In this document: one piece after another, positions 26,538 to 34,634 of the stretch
Layout of the letters: the number at the start of each line of letters is the position of its first letter
Numbering within the stretch: position 1 is the first letter of the stretch
Source of the DNA: Actinomycetota bacterium
GTDB lineage: Bacteria; Actinomycetota; Actinomycetes; S36-B12
Length of the DNA stretch: 37,307 bases
Assembly: GCA_010029945.1 (NCBI GenBank)
Contig: RGQW01000002.1
Span: 1 to 37,307, forward strand
Direction of reading: 5' to 3'
The notes under the pieces: generated by a model
Database searches by the model: none
What the model saw: only the letters and a program-made list of their open reading frames with translations
Told to the model about the DNA's origin: nothing
Position numbers and translations under genes: made by a program

Positions 26538-27674
26538 ATGGTCGAGTCACGCAAGGTTGAGGATCTTCACCTTCGCAACCTCACGAAACGGTTCGGTGAC
26601 TTTGTCGCAGTCGACGATCTCACCCTGACAATTCCCGCCGGTAGTTTCTTCGCCCTCCTTGGTCCCTCCGGCTGCGGCAAGACCACGACCTTGCGGATGG
26701 TGGCGGGCCTCGAGGACCCTTCCGAGGGCTCCATTTCGATCGGCGAACAAGACGTCACCGGCTTGCGAGCCTTCAAACGTCCGGTCAACACCGTCTTCCA
26801 GTCCTACGCGCTGTTTCCGCACTTGGACATCTTCGAGAACGTCGCCTTCGGTCTCCGGCGGCGGGGAGTCAAGGACATAAAGCCGGCCGTGGAGGCGATG
26901 CTCGAACTCGTCGAGCTGACGCCGATGGCTCGCCGCAAGCCCAAGCAACTATCCGGAGGGCAGCAACAGCGGGTAGCGGTGGCTCGAGCGCTCATCAACG
27001 AGCCGGAGGTCCTCTTGCTCGACGAGCCGCTCGGTGCGTTGGACTTGAAACTGCGTCGTCAGATGCAGATCGAGCTCAAGCGCATCCAGATGGAAGTGGG
27101 GACGACGTTCGTGCACGTCACCCACGACCAGGAGGAGGCCATGACCATGGCCGACACGGTCGCGGTGATGAACGAGGGGCGCATCGAGCAGATGGGGGCA
27201 CCCGCGGACATCTACGAGTTGCCGGAGACGGTTTTTGTGGCGCGCTTCCTGGGTCAATCGAATCTTTTCGCCGGCAGGCGGGAATCCAGCGGGTCGGATT
27301 CGGTGACGGTAGCGGCGCACGGTCAGCAGTTCACTATCCCGAATTCCCGCAACAATGCCCCGGGCGGTGATGTCATCGTGGGGGTTCGTCCGGAGAAGAT
27401 GACGATCGTCGACGCGGGTGACCCCATTCCCGACGCGCATGACCGCATCGCCGGCCGCGTTGTAGACGTCTCCTATACCGGAGTCAGCACCCAGTACCTG
27501 GTGAAGACGAGTTGGGGTGAGGAAATCTCCGTCTTCGAGCAAAACGACGTTGTCGGCGACCAGTCGGCCGTCGGTGACTCGGTGGAAGTTCATTGGGCGC
27601 GTGACCACGCATTCGGGCTCGATGGAACGGGCACGAGTGCGGACGACGTCGAGTCCGCGATGCCGGTGGTCTGA
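26538..27674 (+). CDS. potA: Spermidine/putrescine-type ABC transporter ATP-binding protein
   Basis: Walker A GPSGCGKTT, signature LSGGQQQRVAVARAL and Walker B LLLDEPLGALD are present, with a C-terminal TOBE-like domain. Confidence 0.92.
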   Translation: MVESRKVEDLHLRNLTKRFGDFVAVDDLTLTIPAGSFFALLGPSGCGKTTTLRMVAGLEDPSEGSISIGEQDVTGLRAFKRPVNTVFQSYALFPHLDIFENVAFGLRRRGVKDIKPAVEAMLELVELTPMARRKPKQLSGGQQQRVAVARALINEPEVLLLDEPLGALDLKLRRQMQIELKRIQMEVGTTFVHVTHDQEEAMTMADTVAVMNEGRIEQMGAPADIYELPETVFVARFLGQSNLFAGRRESSGSDSVTVAAHGQQFTIPNSRNNAPGGDVIVGVRPEKMTIVDAGDPIPDAHDRIAGRVVDVSYTGVSTQYLVKTSWGEEISVFEQNDVVGDQSAVGDSVEVHWARDHAFGLDGTGTSADDVESAMPVV

Positions 27675-28564
27675 TGCCCGCGTTGATCCCCACTTCGACG
27701 TCGGAGGCGCCCCCTCAGGTCGCGGCCCGCAAGCCGCGGACGGGGTATCTGCTCCTCGCGCCGGGTATGGGCTGGTTGGCAGTCTTCTTCGCCATCCCGT
27801 TCGTGACGCTGTTCATCACGAGTCTGCAGGTTCCCACCGGCGCTTCCGGCGTATATGCACCCGGGTTCGACATCGCCAACTACGGCGAAGCACTCTCGCA
27901 GTACGGACACCTGTATATCCGCTCGTTCATCTACGCCGGTCTGGCGACGCTGTTCGCCTTGATCATCGCCTACCCGCTGGCCTACTTCATCGCCTTCCGC
28001 GGAGGTCAGTGGAAAGGCCTCTTGCTCGTCTTGGTGATCGCCCCGACGTTCGCCAGCTTCTTATTGCGCACCTACGCGTGGCGCACGATCTTGGCGGATG
28101 AAGGGCCGGTCACCGGCTTCTTCAACGCCCTCGGCGTCTTGCCCGAGGGGAGAATTCTCAGCACGAGCATCGCGGTCGTCGCCGGCCTGACCTACAACTT
28201 CCTGCCCTTCATGATCCTCCCGCTGTTCGCCTCCTTGGACAAACTCGATCCGCGATTGATCGAAGCATCCAACGACTTGTATGCGTCACCGGTCACGACA
28301 TTCCGCAAGGTGGTGTGGCCACTGTCGCTGCCAGGAGTGGTCGCCGGCACGTTGTTGACCTTCATCCCCGCATCGGGTGACTACATCAACGCGCAACTAC
28401 TCGGGTCGATCACCACCAGAATGATCGGTTCGGCGATCCAGGTGAACTTCATTCAGTTCCGCGACTATCCGATCGCGAGCGCGCTCTCGGTGATGCTGAT
28501 GTTCATCATCTTGATCGTCGTGTCGATTTATATCCGCCGATCTGGGACGGAGGATCTTGTCTGA
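27674..28564 (+). CDS. potB: Polyamine-type ABC transporter permease
   Basis: Six-TM PotB-like protein. The ATG overlaps the potA TGA. Confidence 0.87.
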   Translation: MPALIPTSTSEAPPQVAARKPRTGYLLLAPGMGWLAVFFAIPFVTLFITSLQVPTGASGVYAPGFDIANYGEALSQYGHLYIRSFIYAGLATLFALIIAYPLAYFIAFRGGQWKGLLLVLVIAPTFASFLLRTYAWRTILADEGPVTGFFNALGVLPEGRILSTSIAVVAGLTYNFLPFMILPLFASLDKLDPRLIEASNDLYASPVTTFRKVVWPLSLPGVVAGTLLTFIPASGDYINAQLLGSITTRMIGSAIQVNFIQFRDYPIASALSVMLMFIILIVVSIYIRRSGTEDLV

Positions 28565-29418
28565 TGCGCTTCGTCCGTCGTCACATTCTCACCGTCGCCG
28601 CGTTCATCGTGCTGGTGTATTTGTTCATTCCGGTTGCCGTAGTGGGCGTGTTGAGCTTCAACGACCCGCCGAGCAAGTACAACACCAAGTGGTACGGCTT
28701 CTCCCTCGACGCGTGGACCAACATGTGTGGCATCCCGGGCGTCTGCGAGTCCTTTGTGGAGAGCATCAAGATCGGTCTCATCTCCACGTTCGTGGCCACG
28801 GTCTTAGGAACGATGGTCGCGTTCGCGCTCGTGCGTTATCGCTTCCGAGGACGGAAGACGACGAACCTGCTGATCTTCTTGCCGATGGCGACACCGGAAG
28901 TCGTGATGGGATCGAGCCTGCTCGCTTTGTTCTTGAACATGACGTTCCCGCTCGGCACCACGACGGTGATCATCGCTCACATCATGTTCACGATCTCGTT
29001 CGTCGTCGTGGCCGTGAAGGCGCGCCTGCAGGGACTTGATCCGAGCCTGGAAGAGGCATCGCGAGACCTCTACGCCGACTCCCGAGCGACCTTTCAACAT
29101 GTGACATTCCCGTTGGTTGCCCCGGGTATCGCCGGCGCGGCCCTGTTGGGTTTCGCGCTGAGCTTCGATGACTTCATCATCAGCTTCTTCAACGCGGGAA
29201 CATTGGTGACGTTCCCGATTTACGTGTGGGGCGCCGCCCAGCGCGGAATCCCGGTCCAGGTGAACGCCCTCGCCACCCTGGTGTTCCTGGTGGCGTTGGC
29301 GATTGTCCTGATCGCGCAGTTTGTTGCCTGGCGTCGCCGCAAGGCCCTCCAGGCCGACATGGCGAGCAGGGACGCCGACCTCAAGGCGCTCAGCATGGAC
29401 GCCCTCTCCCGCTCCTAA
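28564..29418 (+). CDS. potC: Polyamine-type ABC transporter permease
   Basis: PotC-like with the EAA-loop context LEEASRDLYA. The ATG overlaps the potB TGA. Confidence 0.87.
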   Translation: MRFVRRHILTVAAFIVLVYLFIPVAVVGVLSFNDPPSKYNTKWYGFSLDAWTNMCGIPGVCESFVESIKIGLISTFVATVLGTMVAFALVRYRFRGRKTTNLLIFLPMATPEVVMGSSLLALFLNMTFPLGTTTVIIAHIMFTISFVVVAVKARLQGLDPSLEEASRDLYADSRATFQHVTFPLVAPGIAGAALLGFALSFDDFIISFFNAGTLVTFPIYVWGAAQRGIPVQVNALATLVFLVALAIVLIAQFVAWRRRKALQADMASRDADLKALSMDALSRS

Positions 29419-29443
29419 CCGCGAACGCGGGGGAATGTGTAGG

Positions 29444-29569
29444 TGAACCTGCGGACCTGTGTGCGTGAACGTGCGGCCATCGCCCGTTAACGGTGCCGTG
29501 TGGGCGTACAATGACGTTACCTCGCAGTGCTGAAGGGATTGGTGGGACGTCGCAACGATCGGTTGCGAC
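29444..29569 (+). promoter_or_regulatory. Internal promoter/operator candidates in the 180-bp potC-oxidoreductase spacer
   Basis: The direct repeat GTGAAC(C/G)TGCGG occurs at 29444 and 29466, 22 bp apart. The region also holds the palindrome CCGTTAACGG (29484-29493), a TACAAT hexamer (29507-29512) and the dyad GTCGCAAC-GATCG-GTTGCGAC (29549-29569). Confidence 0.35.
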
Positions 29570-29598
29570 CCTCGGACACGTCTCACCCTGGAGATCCC

Positions 29599-31017
29599 AT
29601 GAAATTCGCAACCAAAGCCACACCGCAAGCCCTTGCATCCATTGCGGACGCCACGCGGTCGGTGTTCTGGCTCGACCGACCCGAGCGTCCTGAACCCGAG
29701 CCTGGCCTCGAGGTGGACATCAGTACCGACCTCGTCGTGATTGGCGGTGGGTTCACCGGACTGTGGGCCGCGCTCCTCGCCCACGACGTCGACCCCGATC
29801 GAGACATCGTGTTGATCGAGCGCACCCGCATCGGCGACGGCGGCACCGGTCGCAATGGCGGCTTCGTAGCTGCGAGCCTGACCCACGGCTTCGGAAACGG
29901 CCTGTCCCGCTGGCCGGGAGAAATGCCCGCGCTGCTATCGATGGGGCAGCAAAACCTCGAAGACATCGAGACGTTCATTGGGTTGAACGGCATCGACTGC
30001 GATTTTCGTCGCGCAGGAGAGATCGATGTCGCCGTTGCCGACCACCAAGTCGCAGAATTGCGCGAGGCCGCGGAAGAGATGAACGCCTACGGTCTCGGCG
30101 TCGAGTTCCTCGAGGGCGACCAGATGCGCAAGAGGATCGATTCGCCGAGTTACCTGGCCGGGCTGTTCGACAGAAGTTCGGTCGCACTCGTCGATCCCGC
30201 CAGGCTCGCCTGGGGGCTGCTGGAGACGGCGAAGAAGCGTGGCATCCGAGTCTTCGAAAACACCGAGATGACCGGGTTCGAGGATCAGGGTGATCGAGTT
30301 GTCCTGAGCACCGGAGACCACTCGATCACCGCCAAGCGAGCCGTCGTCGCCACGAACGCATTTCCCAGCGTCATCTCGGCTATCCGCCACCGGGTCGTTC
30401 CTGTCTACGACTACGTACTGATGACGCAGCCGCTCACCGACGAACAGTGGGCGTCGGTGGGGTGGGCGGCGCGTGAGGGTGTCGGCGACTCAGGCAACCA
30501 GTTCCACTACTACCGCCCCACCGATGATGGGCGCATTTTGTGGGGTGGGTACGACGCCATCTACCACCCCGGGAACGGTTTCGGTCCACAGTTCGACAAC
30601 GACGAAGACTCCTACGCCCGTCTCGCCACACACTTCCTGCAGACGTTTCCCCAGCTCGAAGGGATCCGCTTCACGCACGCGTGGGGCGGCGCCATCGACA
30701 CCTGCTCGCGGTTTACCGCGTTCTGGGGGACCGAAGCAGACGGCAAGATCGCCTACGTGGCCGGCTTCACCGGCCTCGGGGTAGGTGCGAGCCGGTTCGG
30801 GGCCCAGGTGGCGCTCGATCTCGTGGATGGCTACGACACCGCGCGCACGAAGTTGCAGATGGTCCGCTCCCAGCCGATGCCGTTCCCACCGGAGCCGCTT
30901 CGTACGCTGGGAATCAAGTGGACGACGACGTCGCTGCAGCGCGCGGACGCCAAGGGCGGCAAGCGGAACCTGTGGTTGAGAACGTTGGATCGCTTCGGGC
31001 TCGGATTCGATTCCTAG
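29599..31017 (+). CDS. FAD-dependent oxidoreductase (DAO family), paralogue of 5981..7384
   Basis: ATG 29599 follows GGAGA. DLVVIGGGFTGLWAAL...GGTGRNGGF is present. Its N-terminus aligns with the paralogue (ATPQAL / ATPAL). Confidence 0.85.
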   Translation: MKFATKATPQALASIADATRSVFWLDRPERPEPEPGLEVDISTDLVVIGGGFTGLWAALLAHDVDPDRDIVLIERTRIGDGGTGRNGGFVAASLTHGFGNGLSRWPGEMPALLSMGQQNLEDIETFIGLNGIDCDFRRAGEIDVAVADHQVAELREAAEEMNAYGLGVEFLEGDQMRKRIDSPSYLAGLFDRSSVALVDPARLAWGLLETAKKRGIRVFENTEMTGFEDQGDRVVLSTGDHSITAKRAVVATNAFPSVISAIRHRVVPVYDYVLMTQPLTDEQWASVGWAAREGVGDSGNQFHYYRPTDDGRILWGGYDAIYHPGNGFGPQFDNDEDSYARLATHFLQTFPQLEGIRFTHAWGGAIDTCSRFTAFWGTEADGKIAYVAGFTGLGVGASRFGAQVALDLVDGYDTARTKLQMVRSQPMPFPPEPLRTLGIKWTTTSLQRADAKGGKRNLWLRTLDRFGLGFDS

Positions 31018-31028
31018 GATCCTAGGAA
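31011..31028. promoter_or_regulatory. Perfect 18-bp palindrome TTCCTAGGATCCTAGGAA
   Basis: Read directly. It spans the TAG stop of the oxidoreductase and lies 48 nt upstream of the ureohydrolase ATG. Confidence 0.4.
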
Positions 31029-31075
31029 CCCGCGAGAGCGTCTCGCTGGGCAGCGCTTCGGGCTACAGTCCCTCC

Positions 31076-32203
31076 ATGACGCGTTACGGGCACCAGTACG
31101 GCCCGGATTACACGTTTCTTGGAGTCCCGGCAGCGGACCTCGATGACCCGTCGACGTACAAAGACGCCGACGTGGTCATCGTTGGTGCCCCGTTCGATGG
31201 TGGCGCGTCCTATCGCTCGGGAGCTCGGTTCGGACCGCAGGCGATTCGCGCGGCCTGCTACCTCGGTCACGACGGCTCGCGCCCCTCACTCGCGATGCGC
31301 GTGGACGGGCTCCAAGACCTCACGGTGGTCGATGTCGGCGACGTCGAGATGTATTCCGGCGACGCGCAGCGCTCCTGCGCCGATCTCGAGAAAGTCATCG
31401 AGCAGATCTCGGCAACCGGAGCCGCACCACTGGTTCTCGGGGGAGATCACACCATCACCTGGCCGGACGTCACCGGCGTTGCCCGAGCCCGCGGCTGGGG
31501 CAAGGTGTCGGTCATCCACTTCGACGCGCACGCCGACACCGGCGATATCGAGTTCGGATCGCTGGTCGGCCACGGCCAGCCGATGCGCCGGCTGATCGAG
31601 TCCGGAGCCGCCCGCGGAGACAAGTTCTTCCAGATCGGATTGCGCGGCTACTGGCCGCCGCCGGACATCCTGGAATGGATGACCGAGCAGAAGATGCGCT
31701 CCTACGAAATGACAGAGATCGTCGCCCGCGGCTTCGACGTCGTGATGGACGAGGTCATCGATGCGTCCATGGACGAGTGTGACGGTGTGTTCCTCAGCGT
31801 CGATATCGACGTCGTCGACCCCGGTTCGGCCCCTGGAACCGGAACCCCCGAGCCCGGTGGCCTGACCGCCCGGCAATTGCTCGATGCGGTGCGTGACATC
31901 GCCTACCGCGTCCCCTTGCTCGGAATCGACGTGGTGGAAGTGTCCCCGCCGTACGATCACGCGGACATCACCGCCCTGCTCGGCAACCGTGTAGTCCTCA
32001 GCCGCTGCTCGACGGTCGATCGTGACCATGCGCGTCTTGGCGATCGGCGCCGGGGGAGTGGGAACCTCCGCGGCGTTGATCGCCTCACGACGCGACTTCT
32101 TCGACGCCTGGGTGATCGCCGACTACGACGCCGCCCGCGCGCGCACGCTCAGCGATCGTGTCGCCGACGAACGCTTCAGCGGAATCGAGCTCGACGCCGG
32201 TGA
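31076..32203 (+). CDS. speB: Agmatinase-family ureohydrolase (agmatinase / guanidinobutyrase / aminopropylagmatinase type); C-terminal end uncertain
   Basis: Binuclear-Mn motifs GGDHTIT, HFDAHADTGD and SVDIDVVDPGSAPGTGTPEPGG are present. The recognisable homology ends at ...ITALLGNRVVL (about nt 32000). The last 66 codons are about 40% Arg and overlap the next gene. Confidence 0.82.
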   Translation: MTRYGHQYGPDYTFLGVPAADLDDPSTYKDADVVIVGAPFDGGASYRSGARFGPQAIRAACYLGHDGSRPSLAMRVDGLQDLTVVDVGDVEMYSGDAQRSCADLEKVIEQISATGAAPLVLGGDHTITWPDVTGVARARGWGKVSVIHFDAHADTGDIEFGSLVGHGQPMRRLIESGAARGDKFFQIGLRGYWPPPDILEWMTEQKMRSYEMTEIVARGFDVVMDEVIDASMDECDGVFLSVDIDVVDPGSAPGTGTPEPGGLTARQLLDAVRDIAYRVPLLGIDVVEVSPPYDHADITALLGNRVVLSRCSTVDRDHARLGDRRRGSGNLRGVDRLTTRLLRRLGDRRLRRRPRAHAQRSCRRRTLQRNRARRR

Positions 32204-33230
32204 CGCTCACGCGGTCACCGATGCGTGCCGCACCCACCAGATCACGCACGTGGCGAATCTCGTCGACCCACGCTTCGTCATGCCGATCTTCACCGGCGCG
32301 CTCGATGCCGGCTGCCACTACCTCGACACCGCGATGAGTTTGTCGAGGCCGCACCCCACCGATCCGCATCGCCGCACCGGGGTGAAACTCGGCGACGAGC
32401 AATTCGCGACCGAGGCCCAGTGGATCGACAAGGGCCTCCTCGCGCTCGTGGGGATGGGCGTGGAGCCGGGGTTGTCCGATGTGTTCGCCCGTTACGCCGC
32501 TGATCACCTGTTCGACGAGATTGACGAGATTGGCATCCGCGATGGCGCCAACCTTGCGGTGCACGGCTACGACTTCGCCCCGACGTTCTCCATCTGGACA
32601 ACCATTGAAGAGTGCTTGAACCCTCCGGTGATCTGGGAGAAGGACGAAGGATGGTTCACCACCGAACCGTTCAGCGGCGCGGAGGTCTTCGACTTTCCCG
32701 AAGGGATCGGTCCTCAGGAATGCGTCAACGTGGAACACGAGGAAGTCTTGCTGATTCCCCGGTGGATCGACTGCAACAAGGTCACCTTCAAGTTCGGCCT
32801 GGGTCAAGAGTTCATCGACGTGCTGCAGACCCTGCACAAACTCGGTCTCGATCGCACCGAGCCGCTCACCATCAAAGGGCAGCAGGTCTCACCCCGGGAC
32901 GTGGTCGCCGCCGCCCTTCCCGATCCCTTGACCCTCGGCGACAAGATGAGCGGCAAGACCTGCGCCGGAACACACGTCACCGGCACCAAAGATGGCCAGC
33001 CGCGCGAGGTCTACCTCTACCACGTCACCGATAACGAATGGTCGATGAAGGAGTACGGGACGCAGGCCGTGACGTGGCAAACGGCCATGAACCCGGTCGT
33101 CGCCCTCGAACTGCTCGCGAACAAGCAGTGGGAAGGTGCCGGGGTTCTCGGCCCCGAAGCATTCGACGCGGTGCCGTTCCTCGACCTGCTCCAAGGGGAT
33201 TACGGGCAGCAGGTCGGAGGCCTGCCCTAG
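32022..33230 (+). CDS. Saccharopine dehydrogenase-family NAD(P) oxidoreductase (carboxy(nor)spermidine-dehydrogenase-like size and fold)
   Basis: The N-terminal Rossmann motif is MRVLAIGAGGVGTSAAL. About 400 aa. The start is GTG 32022 or ATG 32028. Confidence 0.82.
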   Translation: MTMRVLAIGAGGVGTSAALIASRRDFFDAWVIADYDAARARTLSDRVADERFSGIELDAGDAHAVTDACRTHQITHVANLVDPRFVMPIFTGALDAGCHYLDTAMSLSRPHPTDPHRRTGVKLGDEQFATEAQWIDKGLLALVGMGVEPGLSDVFARYAADHLFDEIDEIGIRDGANLAVHGYDFAPTFSIWTTIEECLNPPVIWEKDEGWFTTEPFSGAEVFDFPEGIGPQECVNVEHEEVLLIPRWIDCNKVTFKFGLGQEFIDVLQTLHKLGLDRTEPLTIKGQQVSPRDVVAAALPDPLTLGDKMSGKTCAGTHVTGTKDGQPREVYLYHVTDNEWSMKEYGTQAVTWQTAMNPVVALELLANKQWEGAGVLGPEAFDAVPFLDLLQGDYGQQVGGLP

Positions 33231-33234
33231 CCGA

Positions 33235-34578
33235 TTAGACGCAGGCCTCGAACCCTGACTCCAGCACGCTCAGCGCCTCCTCGAGCAGGGGCATCGGCAT
33301 GGTCAGCGGAGGCAGGAAACGGAAGACGTTCCCGTAGGTTCCCGCCGTCAAGGTCACCACTCCGTGGCTGTGGCAGTGCTTGTTCAAGGCAGCGGCGAGG
33401 GCTGCGTTGGCGTTGGTTGTTCCCGGTTCCACGAGCTCGATGGCGAGCATCGCACCGCGGCCTCGAATATCACCGATCTGCGGGAAGTTCTCCTGCATGG
33501 CCTTCAACCGGGGCATCATGACCGATTCGATGGTGCGGGCCAGTGCGCAGGCGTCGTTGTCTTCCATCCAGCGAATGGCGGCCAGGCCAGCGGCGCAGGC
33601 GACCGGGTTGCCGCCGTAGGTCCCGCCGAGTCCTCCGGCGTGCACGGCATCCATCAACTCCGCACGCCCCGTCACCGCAGCGAGCGGCATGCCACCGGCG
33701 ATGCCCTTGGCGGTGGTGATCATGTCCGGCACCACGCCCTCGTGTTCCATCGCGAACCAGTCGCCGGTGCGGCAAAAGCCCGACTGGATCTCGTCGGCAA
33801 TGAACACGATCCCGTGCTCTCGCGCGAACTCGGCAAGCCCCGCAATGAATCCCGGAGCAGGAACAACGAACCCGCCTTCGCCTTGGATCGGTTCGACCAC
33901 GATCGCGGCAACGTTGTGGGGGCCGACTTCCTTATCGATCTTCGTGGTCGCCCACAGCGCCACTTCTTTGCCACCGTGCGGACCGTCCCGGAACGGGTAG
34001 CTCATCGGCACCCGGTAGATCTCCGGCGCGAACGGACCGAAGCCTTCTTTGTAGGGCATGTTCTTGGCGGTCAGCGCCATCGTCAGGTTGGTGCGGCCGT
34101 GATAGCCGTGCTCGAGCACAACGACGGCGGGGCGCTTGGTCGCGTACCGGGCGATCTTCACCGCGTTCTCCACGGCCTCGGCTCCGGAGTTGAACAGTGC
34201 GCTGCGCTTGGCGTGGTCACCGGGCGTCAGCCTGTTGAGCGCCTCACACACATCCACGTAGCCCTCATACGGCGTGACCATGAAGCAGGTGTGCGTCAGG
34301 TCGCGAGCCTGCGAAGCGACCGCGTCGGCAACCATCGGGTTGGCGTTACCGACGGTGGTCACCGCGATGCCCGAACCCATATCGATCAGGTGGTTGCCGT
34401 CCACGTCGACGAGCACACCGCCACCGGCACGCTCGATGAAGACCGGCAGCCCGACACCGACCCCGGAGGAGACTGCCTCGGTCTTCTTGGCCAGCAGGGC
34501 CTGGGAACGCGGACCGGGAATCTCGGTGACGAGCCGGCGCTCCTGGGCGATCTCGGTGTCCATCAAGGTCGGGTTCAT
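33235..34578 (-). CDS. gabT: 4-aminobutyrate--2-oxoglutarate aminotransferase
   Basis: ATG 34578 follows GGAGGAAG. FNSGAEAVENAVKIAR, IADEIQSGFCRTG and the PLP-lysine context TTAKGIAGGMPL are present. Confidence 0.9.
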   Translation of the reverse strand: MNPTLMDTEIAQERRLVTEIPGPRSQALLAKKTEAVSSGVGVGLPVFIERAGGGVLVDVDGNHLIDMGSGIAVTTVGNANPMVADAVASQARDLTHTCFMVTPYEGYVDVCEALNRLTPGDHAKRSALFNSGAEAVENAVKIARYATKRPAVVVLEHGYHGRTNLTMALTAKNMPYKEGFGPFAPEIYRVPMSYPFRDGPHGGKEVALWATTKIDKEVGPHNVAAIVVEPIQGEGGFVVPAPGFIAGLAEFAREHGIVFIADEIQSGFCRTGDWFAMEHEGVVPDMITTAKGIAGGMPLAAVTGRAELMDAVHAGGLGGTYGGNPVACAAGLAAIRWMEDNDACALARTIESVMMPRLKAMQENFPQIGDIRGRGAMLAIELVEPGTTNANAALAAALNKHCHSHGVVTLTAGTYGNVFRFLPPLTMPMPLLEEALSVLESGFEACV

Positions 34579-34634
34579 GCTTCCTCCACGCAACGTTGAG
34601 CACAGAGTACGGCTGTTGGCGCGGCGAGTGTGGG

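Noticed and set aside
31011-31028. Interpreting the AvrII-BamHI-AvrII palindrome as proof of genetic engineering
   Set aside because: The flanking genes are intact and the native stop codon lies within the palindrome. No vector, marker or scar sequences are nearby. The possibility is noted in the findings but cannot be asserted from sequence.
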